From Octopus sinensis (Eukaryota), in contig NC_043012.1 of NCBI RefSeq assembly GCF_006345805.1, positions 47,554,001 through 47,618,000 of the forward strand: 64,000 nt of DNA, in the 5' to 3' direction. The notes under the pieces were generated by a model. It did no database searches, had not been told where the DNA came from, and was given only the letters and a program-made list of their open reading frames with translations. Positions 12,766 through 26,379 of this stretch are shown here, piece by piece. Position 1 is the stretch's first letter, and each line of letters begins with the position of its first letter. Position numbers and translations under genes: made by a program.

Positions 12766-13348
12766 ATATATATATACCCCATCCTCCTCCCCTCTTCCTC
12801 CCATCCTCCTTAATCCCTTCTTTCTCCTTTTCTCTTGGTCACTGATTCTGTCCCCTGCCTTCCACCCTCTTTGATTCCCTCTCTCTCTGTCTCTCTTTCT
12901 CTCTCTCCTGCGACCTGCTGCTTCTTAAACCATTCTGTTGGCCTTCGTATCTCGACCAACATGTGTCCCCGCTACCGAAACGGTAATTATTTCTACGCCA
13001 GCTATGTTGTTGTTGTTGTTTTTGTCTCATTTGGTCTAAAGTCGTATGACAACCACCGTTATATATATTTTGTTTATTCATTACTGTTTTCAATTTCGTT
13101 TTCGTCTCTTGTATTCACATCCGTCTTGTGCGTTCACATTCCTGTCTTCTACCAAGAAATCTAATGCTTACAGCTTAGTTTTTTTTCTTGGGGCTGGCCG
13201 AGTTGGAGCAAATATCAGAATTGAACAGCCGAAATTTGCTATGATGATTCGGTGTCTGACTGAAGATTGAAGGCTTCGAATGATTTGTCTGTGTTCCGTG
13301 TTCGTCCCTTCCTGTATTTCACGTTCATTATATATAAAAACATTCATT

Positions 13349-13349
<1 letters not shown>

Positions 13350-13399
<50 letters not shown>

Positions 13400-13404
13400 T
13401 ATAT

Positions 13405-13438
<34 letters not shown>

Positions 13439-13447
13439 ATATAATAT

Positions 13448-13530
<83 letters not shown>

Positions 13531-13532
13531 CA
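13350..13532. repeat. (TA)n microsatellite
   Basis: Direct inspection. Confidence 0.95.
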
Positions 13533-14569
13533 TGTTATGTGAGAACGAACAAACGGACGAACGAACGAACAATGAATCAATGAATCAATGAACTTGCATA
13601 TGTGACCATCAAAATTATCCTGCTCGTTTCCAGATAGTATATGTAATTTATTGTGAAGTGCATGAAGTTATTAGGTTATAGAATAACATCAGTAACACCA
13701 TGGCGACACCTACAAATAACAGAACAAACATACTTATTCACTTATATATTTATATTTTTATTTACTAACTTTGTGTAAAATTACATTCGTTGTTTCTTCT
13801 TCATTTCTGAATGACATATTTAAAGAATTATCTCTCAAAAATAATAATACTGCGTAAAAAAGCAACAACCTGAAGCATATTATATAAATATGAAAAACAA
13901 ACACAATTCACGAGTAATAAATCTTAACTACTTTTATCTGTTTATCGAATTTTCTGTAATTTCTATAGTGAACAAATTGAGGATATTAATATGAAATGAA
14001 TTGCTGTAACTCAAATACGCACTATAATTACCTTTCTTTCTTTCTGGAGATAAAACTTAAATATATGAGATGACGCTGGTGGTTTCAACAATCATTACTA
14101 AGAGACGAGCACTAAGTGTTGACGGCTTTCATTTTACAATCAAGGATACGACATTAATAAGCAGCAACTTGTGCCTTGCCACTTTTTGTGCTTTACTTTA
14201 ACTCACATGGGTACATCTCTTTACTCCTTACTAGTGACAAGGAACAATTTGAGTCAGATATTATTTACTACCAAGAGAAAAAAGCCTGTTATTCCTTTCA
14301 TTGATTCCATTATCATATCTGTTCACTAAACTCTGACCAGTATGTCCCATCTTATTTTTGTTTACGACCTGAAATTGAACTGGCCTTAAAATCAATCACA
14401 TTAAAACAAAAACAATAACCCAGTGTGTTTCAGATGTTGGAATCGAATGAAATTTGCTGAGTCCAAACGGACACTTCTTTTAAAAATAAGTTATGCAAAA
14501 ATGTGTCCTCCTCTGACTATATAACCTCCACAGCCGGATAATAATTTTAAGTATCTTGGATAGAATGAG

Positions 14570-15780
14570 AGTGTCAGATATGAGGAACCTATAAATTAGG
14601 TGAGGACCAGGAATCAATACCTCGGGAGAAGAAAGATAATATGGTCACCAGGACTCTCGGTTTACAAGTTTATTGCCCATAGCATCTCTGCCTATCCTCA
14701 CGCCTACATTTGGTCTTCTGAATTGGTCTAAGTAAGATTTCAGTAAGATAGATGTTCGAACTCACAAGCTCCTCAGTGTTACAGGAAACTTCAGCATCAG
14801 TGAGACATACAGAGTCTATACTTCACACACAAGCCTAGCACCCGTGATCTCAGTTCTGTATTGATATCATATGAAGCACGTATTTGTAATTCAAATAACA
14901 TCTACAGCTGAATAAAGAGACCAGTAACTATCTTGTCCCAAGTTTGTGATCATGGAATCAGCAACATTATTAGGAGAGCTAATGAACTTTAGGAGTGGTA
15001 ATGAAATAAGGGCTGGTACGGACCTCTTCCCAAAGAGTATTGGTACAATCTCTTTATGAGAAGAACAAAGTAAAAACGGTTTCCTAAAAATATAGTATAT
15101 GAACACTTGACACGGAAAGCACAATCATAGAAGGAATTTATTATACCAAAAGCTTGCCAACGGGCACCTTCAACTTTATGACATCTTACTTCGAAGGCCG
15201 CCTCCTTGCAATTCAAGATCAAGAGATCCCCACCAAGTATCTACTGCATAAAATCAAAACTGAAGGTAGTATTACGAAATGCGTGAGAATGTTTCGCGAT
15301 ATCATTTTCCTTTGCGGCCCATGCGATGCACAGAACGGTTTGGAAGAGGTTAAATATAAGACAACGCCTACAAACGTAGCTGGTGTTATTGAGGTTGATG
15401 GGTCAAAAGAATAAGGATAGGACTTAAAACTTCAAACCGCCACCTATTTAAAAGCACAATCGGACAGATATTGTTGTGCGGACCACAAGAAAAAATTATA
15501 TTGTGAAAATCAGCTGCTCTCTGAACACGCATATGGTTAGAAACTTACACGAGGACGTCTATTTGCCATTAATAAGGAGTTTGCAAATCCAATACCCACG
15601 ACACGCTTCATACCTGTTATTAGTATTGGAGCAACAAGATACATACCAACCGTCTGAAGCATAATTTGGCTTAACGGGTTCTTGAGGAGAGAAAGTAAAT
15701 CTTTAATTCATACACTGCAAATGATCGTAATATCACGAGCAATAAAAATCTGCAAGACTTTCTTGAAATTTAAGGGAAGA
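14570..15780 (+). mobile_element. R4/Dong-clade non-LTR retrotransposon 3' fragment with restriction-like endonuclease remnant
   Basis: ASLPILTPTFGLLNWS..IDVRTHKLL, TSYFEGRLLAIQDQEIPTKYL (ORF 15154), HNRTDIVVR...KISCSLN (PD..D-like RLE) and terminal IKICKTFLKF. Confidence 0.8.
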
Positions 15781-17334
15781 TGAGCTCAACAAAATGTTTT
15801 CCTTCATAACCTTGCAACCAAGCAAAATTGATTTTAAATTAAAAAAAGAGAAAGAGAACTTTCTTACACAAGAGTAGAATGGAAATTACGAATTAATCTC
15901 CGTGCCTCAGTTTATGGGCTCAGCAGAAAGTGTATTTCCTCGGAATATGTCTATACTTGTCTATATTATCACATTATATGACATGACTGAAGAAGGCAGT
16001 TTGACAGAATATTCAATTACGTGGATGTCACTGGGAGATATGAGACCATACAAGTATATGATTGTAAACGATATTGAAAATCTATAACACTAGATTATAT
16101 ACGCGAGTAGGAATAGAACAACCCTATTCAAGTCCAGATTAACGTTGTACCGTATGTTTCGATTTGCTCGAAAAATAGTCAAATATCGCTGTTCGATGAG
16201 CACATTCTCACTCTATCTAAATCTCTAAATACATACACATATATAATACATGTATAATATCACACGTATTGTCTCCCTCCATCTCTATTAACGTGTGTGT
16301 ATACATATGTGTGTGTGTGTATTTCTGTGTATTGATAAACAAAAGGCGAGAGAGAAACATGCTGGCTGAGAGACTAAGTGAGACGTAATACAAAATATGT
16401 AAAAGGACGCTAAAAAAAAGCAGCGAATAATAAATTCTAAATATACTGAGTTGCAAATAGACTGCGTCAAATGAAAACAGGATTGCTGCTTATCAAGTAT
16501 TTTGAACATATATTCGCTCATTCCCGCACGGATTGACCATCTGCCTCTCATGATCTGTCCAATATGATGGAAGTATTTCAGTAAATATTTAAATCTCAGA
16601 CAAACAAATAACCTGTTCAAATTGCGACTCATCATGCTGCGCTGTGGTACATGATTCTTTATTTGAATAGTTGTAACATACGATTGTGGACTATCGACAA
16701 ACCAGTGGTTGCCATAAGTTGGACTAGCAATACGTTTAGTGAGTATTACTATCGACAATTACATATCTGGTTTAGTAGCAGTATTCATGTACTAATAATT
16801 AAATCAAGTTTTAATCAAATGACAATAGAGGCATAGCCCAAAGCATATGTGTGTGTGTGTGTATGTGGGTGGGTGTGTGTGTTTGTGTGTGTACGTATAT
16901 TCCTATGTGTATACATTTTATACTTATTCAGAAGTGGCGAGAAAAATAAATATAAATTACAAGGGTAACAATATAGATTTTGATTAGGCTGAAAGATCTG
17001 CTCAAATGAATCATTTACAGTGATTATGTGCATGTGCTGTGCATTGGTTTACTCCCTCCATGAACTCGACAGCTGCACAATTGTACCACAATTCAGATGC
17101 TGAGGTAATCACGGAGCTTAGGAACAGTACGTAGTGCCCGGACTAAGAATTGAAACTTCGATCTTGCGATCGTCAGTGCGACAAATTAACCCCTATTCCA
17201 TTCATACTCAACTATATATAACATAATAGTATATAATAGAGTATACATGCATACATGCGTAAATACATTCATACACACAAAAACCCATGTATATATATAT
17301 ACATACATACAATACATATATATATATATATACT

Positions 17335-17679
17335 GTGGAGGCGCAATGACCCAGTGGTTAGGGCAGCGGACTCGCGGTCCGGATTCCCATATCGGGCGTT
17401 GTGTGTGTTTATTGAGCGAAAACACCTAAAGCCCCACGATGTTCTGGCTAGGTGTGGTGGCGAAACCTTCTGTACTCTTTCACAACTTTCTGTTGTACCT
17501 GTATTTCAAAGGACCAGCCTTGTCACACTCTGTGTCACGCTGAATCTACCCTCGAGAACTACGTTAAGGGTACACGTGTCTATCGAGTGCTCAGCCACTT
17601 GCTCGTTAATTTCACGAGCAAGCTGTTCCGTTGATCGGATCAACTGGAAACCTCGTCGTCGTAACTGACGGAGTGCCAC
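17335..17679 (+). mobile_element. tRNA-derived SINE (same family as 12383-12765)
   Basis: Reverse-complement match to the 12.4-12.8 kb copy, with short deletions. Confidence 0.85.
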
Positions 17680-17697
17680 TATATACATACACACACA

Positions 17698-17756
<59 letters not shown>

Positions 17757-17978
17757 TATATATATTGTGAAATAGAAAGATGAATAATCTTGTTGCAGAT
17801 TAATCAAAAGTTTAACCGATACCTTGGTAGCAAAAATCACAGCAGAAGACAGCACGGTTGGAGGTACAACCATATGGTGTTGCAACCGTGCGTTGGTGCG
17901 GGTAATTGAATTTTAATATTATTAGTGAATTGAAGAAATGGAGTTGAACGAAGATTGAACAGAAATCGTTTTATTGCA

Positions 17979-18058
17979 TTCTACACGTGTTTCGAAAGGC
18001 ACAATTTACCAAATTCCGATTGAATAAGGAGACCATATTGTGTCTTTCTCTTCAGGAA
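17979..18058 (-). ncRNA. Type I hammerhead ribozyme motif (mirror copy)
   Basis: Reverse complement of 18600-18679 with the same core. Confidence 0.65.
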
Positions 18059-18599
18059 GAAATAGGAAATCCGTTGGAAAAAACAAAAACAGAACAGAGG
18101 CGGAGCAAAACAAATCGAACGAGGCTCCTAAGAGCCCATGGCCAAACTGATTATCAATGTATGTTGAAAACTGGTGGTGGGTGCGTTGAAGGTTTTAACG
18201 GGTCAGGCAGCGGTCATTCCGGTGGGTGGGAGCACGGGGTGCTTAGATGTTCTTTGTGACCGAGACTAAAGTTCTGACTATTTAAAGAATATTAGGTGTA
18301 TTATATGGTGAATATTAGGTGTATTATGAATATTAGGTGTATTATAAATCTAAGTAGATTTTGGCTCGCCCCATATAATACACCTAATATTCTTTAAATA
18401 GTCAAAACTTTAGTCTCGGTCACAAAGAACATCTAAGCACCCCGTGCTCCCACCCACCGTTAAAACCTTCAACGCACTCACCACCAGTTTTCAACATACA
18501 TTGATAATCAGTTTGGCCATGGGCTCTTAGGAGCCTCGTTCGATTTGTTTTGCTCCGCCTCTGTTCTGTTTTTGTTTTTTCCAACGGATTTCCTATTTC

Positions 18600-18679
18600 T
18601 TCCTGAAGAGAAAGACACAATATGGTCTCCTTATTCAATCGGAATTTAGTAAATTGTGCCTTTCGAAACACGTGTAGAA
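18600..18679 (+). ncRNA. Type I hammerhead ribozyme motif
   Basis: TTC-CTGAAGA (18603), stem II GAAAGACACAAT/ATTGTGCCTTTC, GAAAC (18665), palindromic ACACGTGT, cleavage triplet GTA (18674-18676), then GAA closing stem I. Confidence 0.7.
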
Positions 18680-18761
18680 TGCAATAAAACGATTTCTGTT
18701 CAATCTTCGTTCAACTCCATTTCTTCAATTCACTAATAATATTATATATATATATATATAA

Positions 18762-19795
18762 GATAGAAAGTATGGTGGGTGATTACACGCGTTTGAGTAT
18801 AAGGAAACAAATAAGATGAAAAAACATATTTTTTTTACAAGACTAAAGAATATATTAGAATCATAAAGGTAAAAGTATTATACAAAACAAGATTTTTTCT
18901 TTGAACATAACAGGTTTCGCTATCGCTTTTCATATTTTGAGATTTTGATCCAATTCGGTATTAGACATTTTGTTTGCTACGGAAGATAATTGGTAACCAA
19001 GGTATTTTTCAGTAAAGGGGAGGTAAATATGCAATTTTTAATATTGGTCGGCATATGATTATGGCTTATATCTTACAATAGATGGGGTAAACCTTTAATT
19101 TTCAATATGGGTTTGTATTTAATTCTGGCTTGTAATTTTCGTAAATGTGTTGAGGACCAAATGGCAAATTGACGTGATGGGAAGATTAGGAATTGTGGTT
19201 GCACTTGATCAGCACATCTGTCAATGTGTTCAATAAGATATATCTAGCGATATTGTGGGGAAGATATCTGCAGTCTGTGGACTGTACATATCCGTCTGAG
19301 CGACATTACTGTCGAACCTCTATAGTTTTTATGGTAGCCCCAGCATCTGATTACATAAATGAGGTTTCCAAGTGAAGTTGGATATAATTTTAAGTGTTTG
19401 CCCATGTTTAAAATGGAATTGTTATCCTTCGAAAAGATTGGGACATGTTCCAAAATAAGGAAGACCCATATTGAATATTAAAGGTTTATTCCATTTATTG
19501 TAAGATATAAGCCAGGTTCAAGTTGAGACCAATATCAAAAATTACAGATTTACCTCCACTTTACGGAAAAAAACCTTGGTTACCAATTATCGCCCCTAGC
19601 AAACAAAATGTCTAATTCAGAAATGAATCCCAAACTCAAAATTTGAAAAGCGATAGCGAAACAAATTATTATGTTGGAATATATACATCTTATTTTATAC
19701 AATATTATAAAATACTTGTCCTATTATGATTCTAATATATTCTTTATTCTTGTAAAACAAATCTTCTGTGTTTCATCATCTTATTTCTTTACGTG
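18762..19795 (-). mobile_element. 5'-truncated Neptune-like PLE: GIY-YIG fragment between inverted pLTR arms
   Basis: 19450-19115 reads NLIYVIRCWGYHKNYRGST..HRLQISSPQYR..CADQVQPQFLIFP..ENYKPELN. Diverged inverted arms lie at ~18800-19112 and ~19461-19790. Confidence 0.75.
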
Positions 19796-19829
19796 TGTAT
19801 ACACACACACACACATACACACACACACA

Positions 19830-19970
19830 CGTAGTCTGATCAATAAGTGTCCTGTCTGTAGCCATAGTATCGAAGTTAAAGTACGCAGAGTAAAGTTGCT
19901 TGGCATAGATTGGCCTTAAAATCTGCTGTGGCAGGGCTTTAAGTTTTAACGTTCTAGCTCAATTCCACTG
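19830..19970 (+). mobile_element. Mariner-family 5' end fragment
   Basis: CGTAGTCTGATCAATAAGTGTCC.. aligns with the 3069-2858 fragment. Confidence 0.65.
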
Positions 19971-21215
19971 CTCAGAGATCTACACAAAGGTGCTGATAGT
20001 GTATGGGGCATGGAGAGGTTTCGGTACGATTATGAGTCAAAGTGATTGTAGTGGATGCAAGTAGTGGAGGTAGTGAGACAAAGGCGACGGAAATGTTGGA
20101 ATAGTACAGAGAATTCGAAGGCAGGACAAAACAGAGAGGAGTCTAGTTGTACGCGGAAGAGCGAGGCTGCACCTATACAGTCATCAATATAACGACCGTA
20201 TAGTTCGAGAGTGGGACCACTGAGTCTTGAAAATATTTGGGCCTCAACGTAGCCAACAAAGATTTTCACATAGTTGAGACCCATTCTCGTGCACATGGCC
20301 ACTCCAGAATCTGTTGGTAAAACTCTCACGCGAACGGGAAGCAGTTGATGGAGGGGTTTGGATCGAAGACCTAGGAAATGCAGAGGTTAAGAAGTCCTTC
20401 GTTCAGTGGGATCACCATATACAGACTCTTGATATCAAGAGTGAAGAGAAGTTTAAAGGGGCCAAGGGGAAGGAGAAAGAGTTGAAAAGATGAAGAACAT
20501 GTTTAGTGTTGTGGATGTGTGATGGGAAGGAAGCCAGTAAGGGGTAAGGACACGGTCGAGGTATTTCGAGATCAGTTCCGTGGGGCAGTTACAGGCGAAG
20601 ACGATGGGGCGGCCAGGGCTGTTGGGCATGTGGATTTTGGAAAGAAGTAAATGGTGAGGGTGCGTGGAGTGCGGACAATGAGGTTGGAGGCGGTGGGAAA
20701 TAGACGGGAGGAGGTGATGAGGTCATGGATAGTAGAGGACACAGTCTGTTGGTAGCTAGGCGTGGGTTTGGAGGGCAGAGGGCAATAGAAAGAAGTGTCT
20801 TGAAGTTGACGGAGAGCTACAGCTTTGTGGACGTCTACGCTTCACACCACCATAGCTCCATCCTTGTCGGCCGGCTCTATAATTATGCCTTTGCGGCGTC
20901 GGATACATCGAAGGGCCTAGAGTTCTGCTGTTGAGATGTTCAGATGTCGGGGTGAACTGCGTAAGTTAAACCGGTCTACAGCACGTTGACAGATGCCCGC
21001 AAAATGATCTACTGCTTGGAACTGGCCAGGATCTGGCGTCCAGTGCGATGGTCGGCGGCCAAGGTCGGTGAAGCAGTCCTCTTCGTTAAATGCATGTGGA
21101 GTGTTGTGGAATAGTGCATATATCCCAACACAGCACAAAAGTTATGAATATCAGTACGGGTTTGAAATTCATTACTGGATGGAGTGAGGGGGATAGACGA
21201 TAACATTTCTAAGTT
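19971..21215 (-). mobile_element. Penelope/Poseidon-type PLE reverse transcriptase pseudogene
   Basis: PADKDGAMVV, PNSPGRPIVFACNCPTELISKYLD, LFTLDIKSLY, GVAMCTRMG and LYGRYIDDCIG (ORF 20030-20329), with frameshifts. Confidence 0.85.
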
Positions 21216-21972
21216 ATTGAGATATGCGAAGGAGTAAATACATTAAACTAAGACTTCATATTTCATGTTTCCATTTCCGAGTAATGTATGATTCTAACTG
21301 AAATGTTCATAAAAATAACTCTTACTGTTTAGATACATTACAGTTGCATAAATTGCCGTCGACAGCAGGTGATACTTTCAGTGAATATGAGTATAAAATA
21401 ATCTCAGAATATAACATCTCTCACACAATTTGTAGAAATTGCTGGTCCCGGGCGAAATTCAATAAAAATCCATCACCACCACCACTACACTTTATATAAA
21501 CATCCAACCGATGTTTAATAATTTAGTTATTAAACAGACTTTAATAATTGTTAGTCATACGAATGAATGTTTTGTAAAAATTATGAGTATATTTTTCGTG
21601 CAAAATTTTAACCAAGTGCTCAATGAAATGGAAGATATTCAGTTATCAGTGTGATCGTATATAATTATACAATAGCAAGAAACATACAAATAAACAAATA
21701 AATAGTATCTACATATGGGTTGATCTACTTGTTAAGATCTGCATTGTATATAACAGTACAAGAAATATTTTATCTAAAGTTGTATAAAAATGTGCAAATT
21801 ATGAGGTTTGAAGCTGATTAACAAGCAATGATTATAGTCATTAATATGAGGACTGCCATCATGCACGCACGCGTGTGCGCACATTCTCACGCACTCACTC
21901 GCGCATGCGTACAGAAATGCTCACAAATATATATACAATACATATATTCATATACATATGCATATATATACA

Positions 21973-22010
<38 letters not shown>

Positions 22011-22212
22011 CGCATATACTTACATGTATTCATATATATGCAGACGTACACATACACACATACACACACACATATATACCACACTTATAACTATACACAC
22101 GAATATATGCATGCACTCCTACATATAAATGTGTGCATCTGCACATAAAATTACGTATGCATATATATACATATATATATATAGGTATGTATATATATGT
22201 ATATATTATATA

Positions 22213-22248
<36 letters not shown>

Positions 22249-22740
22249 GGGAATATACATATGCCTAGAAATGTGATATACATACATTCATGCACATACA
22301 AACTTCCGTACATACACATATATACATTCATACATACAGATACTGATTTAACATGAAGTTATTAATACAGCAATGGCGATCGAAGTATATTTATTTAGTC
22401 ACCATTATCTCCATTTAAAGAAGTATTATATCAATATCCCGTTTACGAAAATCCATTAAGGCTTTCATCACGCAAGAAAATCAAACGCAGCACGAAATAA
22501 ATTTATTCTCGCCTTCTTTTAACCCTTGCTTCCCTCGATGAACCATTAAAATCTCTCATCATAAATCTCAATCAAATGATGGCACGAAATAGCTATATGC
22601 AAACGGAATTTTGGTAATGACATTTTCCGGGAGATGCCCTCCAAAAGCTCGCCCTATATTCATTTGCATATATCTAAGAATGCTAAATACACCAAATGGC
22701 ACATCATAAGCATAAATTCAGATTATAGGTAAGGTAGTGG

Positions 22741-22992
<252 letters not shown>

Positions 22993-23795
22993 TTACGTAA
23001 GTAAATATATATATATAAGTATGGCAGAGAGGAAAAAGGAAAGTATGTGGAGTTGAGATTGTTAATGGCAATGTTACACTAACTTTGCCGATTGGCTGCG
23101 TGGCGTATTAATGCTGAACGTCGCTAGCATTGTTTTTTGTTTTTTTTCTACTTTCTGACATTAATCATAGTTACTTACAGATGTGTGCTATTTATGACCA
23201 TAGTCTTTCGTGTAGCTTTTAATATTTTCTATCGAAACGTTATAGTGTTGCAAAAGAGGAACATGGTCGAGTCGTTTCAGCGTCGGGTATGATAGCGCCA
23301 GTGAGTTTTTCAGCATTCTCCGCTTTCATTTCAAATAGCCCCGACGTCATTATACAATCAGTAACATTTCAATAAATAGATAACCCAGCAAATTCTACGG
23401 CACCTTTCCCACACATACACACATTCTTTCTCTCTCCCATTCTCTATCGATGACTGTCACGCATCGTCTATTTATCCATCACTTCTATTTATTTCTCTCT
23501 TCTCTTCACTTCTCTCTTGAGGCGGTTGTAAGTACTGTGCGAACTGGTGTAGGAGTGCAGCACAACAATTTCCCCAGATATAGTAAAGCAGATTGAGTGA
23601 GGATGGCAGAATAATCTTAGACAGAAATATACTGATACGGTCTTCTCCTGCAGAGATCTGTGAACACACCTCAATGAGCAACACACCTCGAATATGTATA
23701 TATATATATGTATGGCGGTGCCCTAGCATGGCCGCATCTCGTGCGCTGAAACTAGATGAAAATGAAAAAAATGAAATATATGTGTGTATGTTTGA

Positions 23796-23844
<49 letters not shown>

Positions 23845-23846
<2 letters not shown>

Positions 23847-23990
23847 CTAGACTACTGGATTTAAATTGATGTTAATTAAATTAATATTCAATTTATCACC
23901 CTCATTATATATATACATATATATATGCTAGACTGCTGGATTTAAATTGATGTTAATTAAATTAACATTCAATTTATCACCCTCATTATA
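23845..23990. repeat. Tandem duplication of a ~64-bp unique unit (period 81)
   Basis: TGCTAGACT(A/G)CTGGATTTAAATTGATG...CCCTCATTAT occurs twice with 2 mismatches, separated by a short TA-like run. Confidence 0.9.
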
Positions 23991-24009
23991 TATATATATA
24001 TATATATAT

Positions 24010-24945
24010 AGTAAGATAAAGGCAGGAATTTCGGTTATCCCCACGTGGTGAGATGCAATATATATAAGAAATTAAAGAAGGAAAATACACACATTTTATA
24101 TCGTTATAATATAACTTTTAAAATATATGATATTGTGCTTTTTGCCCGGTTTCGCTTTCGCTAATCATGACATTAAAATTTATTTAAATACATATTGTGT
24201 GCGGAGTTTATGAATAAATGATTCAACAAGTCGAAAAATCTAACGGATTATCGTTAGTGTAGGGGATAGGGGAGATCATTGTGCATCTTTGAGTAGGGAT
24301 TGGGGAATATATATATATATATATACACATACATACAAAAAAGATCAAAAACGGGACGTGCATGACATTGAGATTGACAACCACTCTAGATAAAGAGCAG
24401 ATTCGCTTCCCGCAATACAGACAGATTCTTTTAAGTGAACACATAGAGTGATGTGCAGGTAACGTAAAACCAAATTTCTCGGTTTTCTCCATCTATCGGC
24501 GCAACGATACAATTTTTATACAAGAACGTTTTCATGGAAAAACGCAGAAGACCTCTGAAGATGCACGCATAAACAACTTTGATCTCTATACATATTTTAA
24601 TTCAGGAGTACATAACCATCACTGTACATATTTCTCCCCACTACTATAGTTTTTGAATTTTTGTGTATATATATCCCCCCCAACCCACCGAATGATGAAC
24701 AATTATCTCCCCTGTCCACAACAATAACGATAATCATTTACCGGTCCCTGGCATAAAATTTTTCGACTTGTTGAATCAGTTATTCATAAACTCCACACAC
24801 AAGAAATAATTCTTAAGAAAATACGTATTTAAATAAATTTAAGGTCATGATTAATGAAAACGAAACCAGTGGACAAACATAATATAAGATATATTAAAAA
24901 TTATATTAGAACTATGTAAGGTGTGTGCATTTTCTTTAATTTCTT
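24010..24945 (+). mobile_element. 5'-truncated Neptune-like PLE: GIY-YIG fragment between inverted pLTR arms
   Basis: 24355-24540 reads EQIRFPQYRQILLSEHIE*CAGNVKPNFSVFSIY. Inverted arms lie at ~24066-24239 and ~24758-24945, with TA tracts on both sides. Confidence 0.7.
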
Positions 24946-25032
24946 ATACGTACACAAATTTTCATATGTATATATATATATATTTAATTATACCTATATA
25001 TGTATATATATATATATATTTAATTATACATA

Positions 25033-25119
<87 letters not shown>

Positions 25120-25318
25120 GTATGTATGTATGTATGTATATATGTAAGTATATATAACTTCAACTTTCCACTTATCAGAGTGCCCATGCACGAAACTTTC
25201 TGCCCTTGAGTCATTGTATTATTCCTACTAAATATTGATAAACGCATAAACACAAACACGCGCTCGCGCGCACACATGAGGTCCGTGATATAGCTGTTGC
25301 CGCTGTACGTGTTGTATT

Positions 25319-25602
25319 GTGAAGGTGCGTGGTTTTGTGGTTAAGGTATTTGGCTCACGATCATAAAGTCATGAGTTCATATCATGGCGACGCATTATGT
25401 CCTTGAGCATGATACTTTATTTCATGTCGCTTCAGTCCACTAAGCTGGCAAAATCGAGTAGTACCTGTATTTAAAAGGGACAGGTTTGTCACACTCTGTG
25501 TCACTATCATCTCCCTGAGGGTGCACATGCTTGAGGAGTACCCAGCCACTTTCATAAGCAGGCTGTTTCTTGAACTGTCATCGTCGTAACTGATGGAGTG
25601 AC
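25319..25602 (+). mobile_element. Decayed tRNA-derived SINE
   Basis: tRNA-like head plus a body (GTACCTGTATTT..TTGTCACACTCTGTGTCAC..CGTCGTAACTGATGGAGTG) shared with 17335. Confidence 0.75.
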
Positions 25603-26379
25603 AGTTACTTGTTGATGTTGTTTTTCTATCTCTAACTCGGTCATGATCATGTATAATGGTATCTTCTGTAATCATACAGTGTTATAGTGGATCATGTGCT
25701 TCTCGGACCACATTCTCACGTCTACGAAACTTGGATGTTGCACCAAAAAGAACAACAACATATGTGCTCCTTGTGGGTTTGCTTTCCTTGTTAACCTGTT
25801 GATTTCAATGGATCAAGCACATATAAGATGAGACGCAATCCATTCCCAGCCATTCCATATGTTTTAGCAAAAGTGTAACCATATTTTCAAAGACAGAAAA
25901 TACATTGTAATTTAAGAGATATTTAGCTGGTAATGCTAGCAAATCAAGCAACAGCAAATAAGCTTTTCTCTTTTTCTTTTTTGGTTAATTCTCTGGGTAT
26001 TCAATATGGCTATAATAATAGTATTTATAATGGCAGCATATATACATATATTTGCGCACACAATGAAACACTACATGCATTCGTACGTACACGCATCTGC
26101 ACACGCGTAAAACTTTCCACCACACAATCACACACTCTTATCTATATGTCAATGTGATCATATGTGTGTGGGGGGTATGTGCGTGTTTGGATGTGCTATA
26201 TATGACTTTTACAAAATACGTGTGCTTGGATATAAATTACGTGCGCAAATTATACATCCAGGAATTCGTGCTGATCAATAATTCTGTGAATATGAAAATG
26301 TGTTTTGTATGTATACATGCTTGTGAATATATATGCACGTATGTATAGATTTATCCATGCGTATATACATTAGATATAT

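Larger units (their letters stand above)
17914..18744. mobile_element. Fold-back pair of PLE-type pLTRs (arms 17914-18308 and 18371-18744)
   Basis: Arms are near-identical inverted copies; ORFs 17987+ and 18420- are almost the same. The left arm has a 21-bp insertion, and each arm has a hammerhead. Confidence 0.8.

Noticed and set aside
13255-13295. CTGAAGA...GAATGATTTGTC as a hammerhead
   Set aside because: No GAAA and no valid stem II or stem I.
16288-16758. 156-aa non-repetitive minus-strand ORF
   Set aside because: No recognisable domain, weak splice signals, and the C-terminus runs into microsatellite; compatible with chance.
18287-18345. Three 18-bp direct repeats as CRISPR-like
   Set aside because: No unique spacers and the context is eukaryotic; better explained as junction stutter.
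17987-18671. Two near-identical 83-90 aa ORFs as a duplicated small gene
   Set aside because: They are the two arms of the pLTR fold-back, read antisense to the hammerhead.
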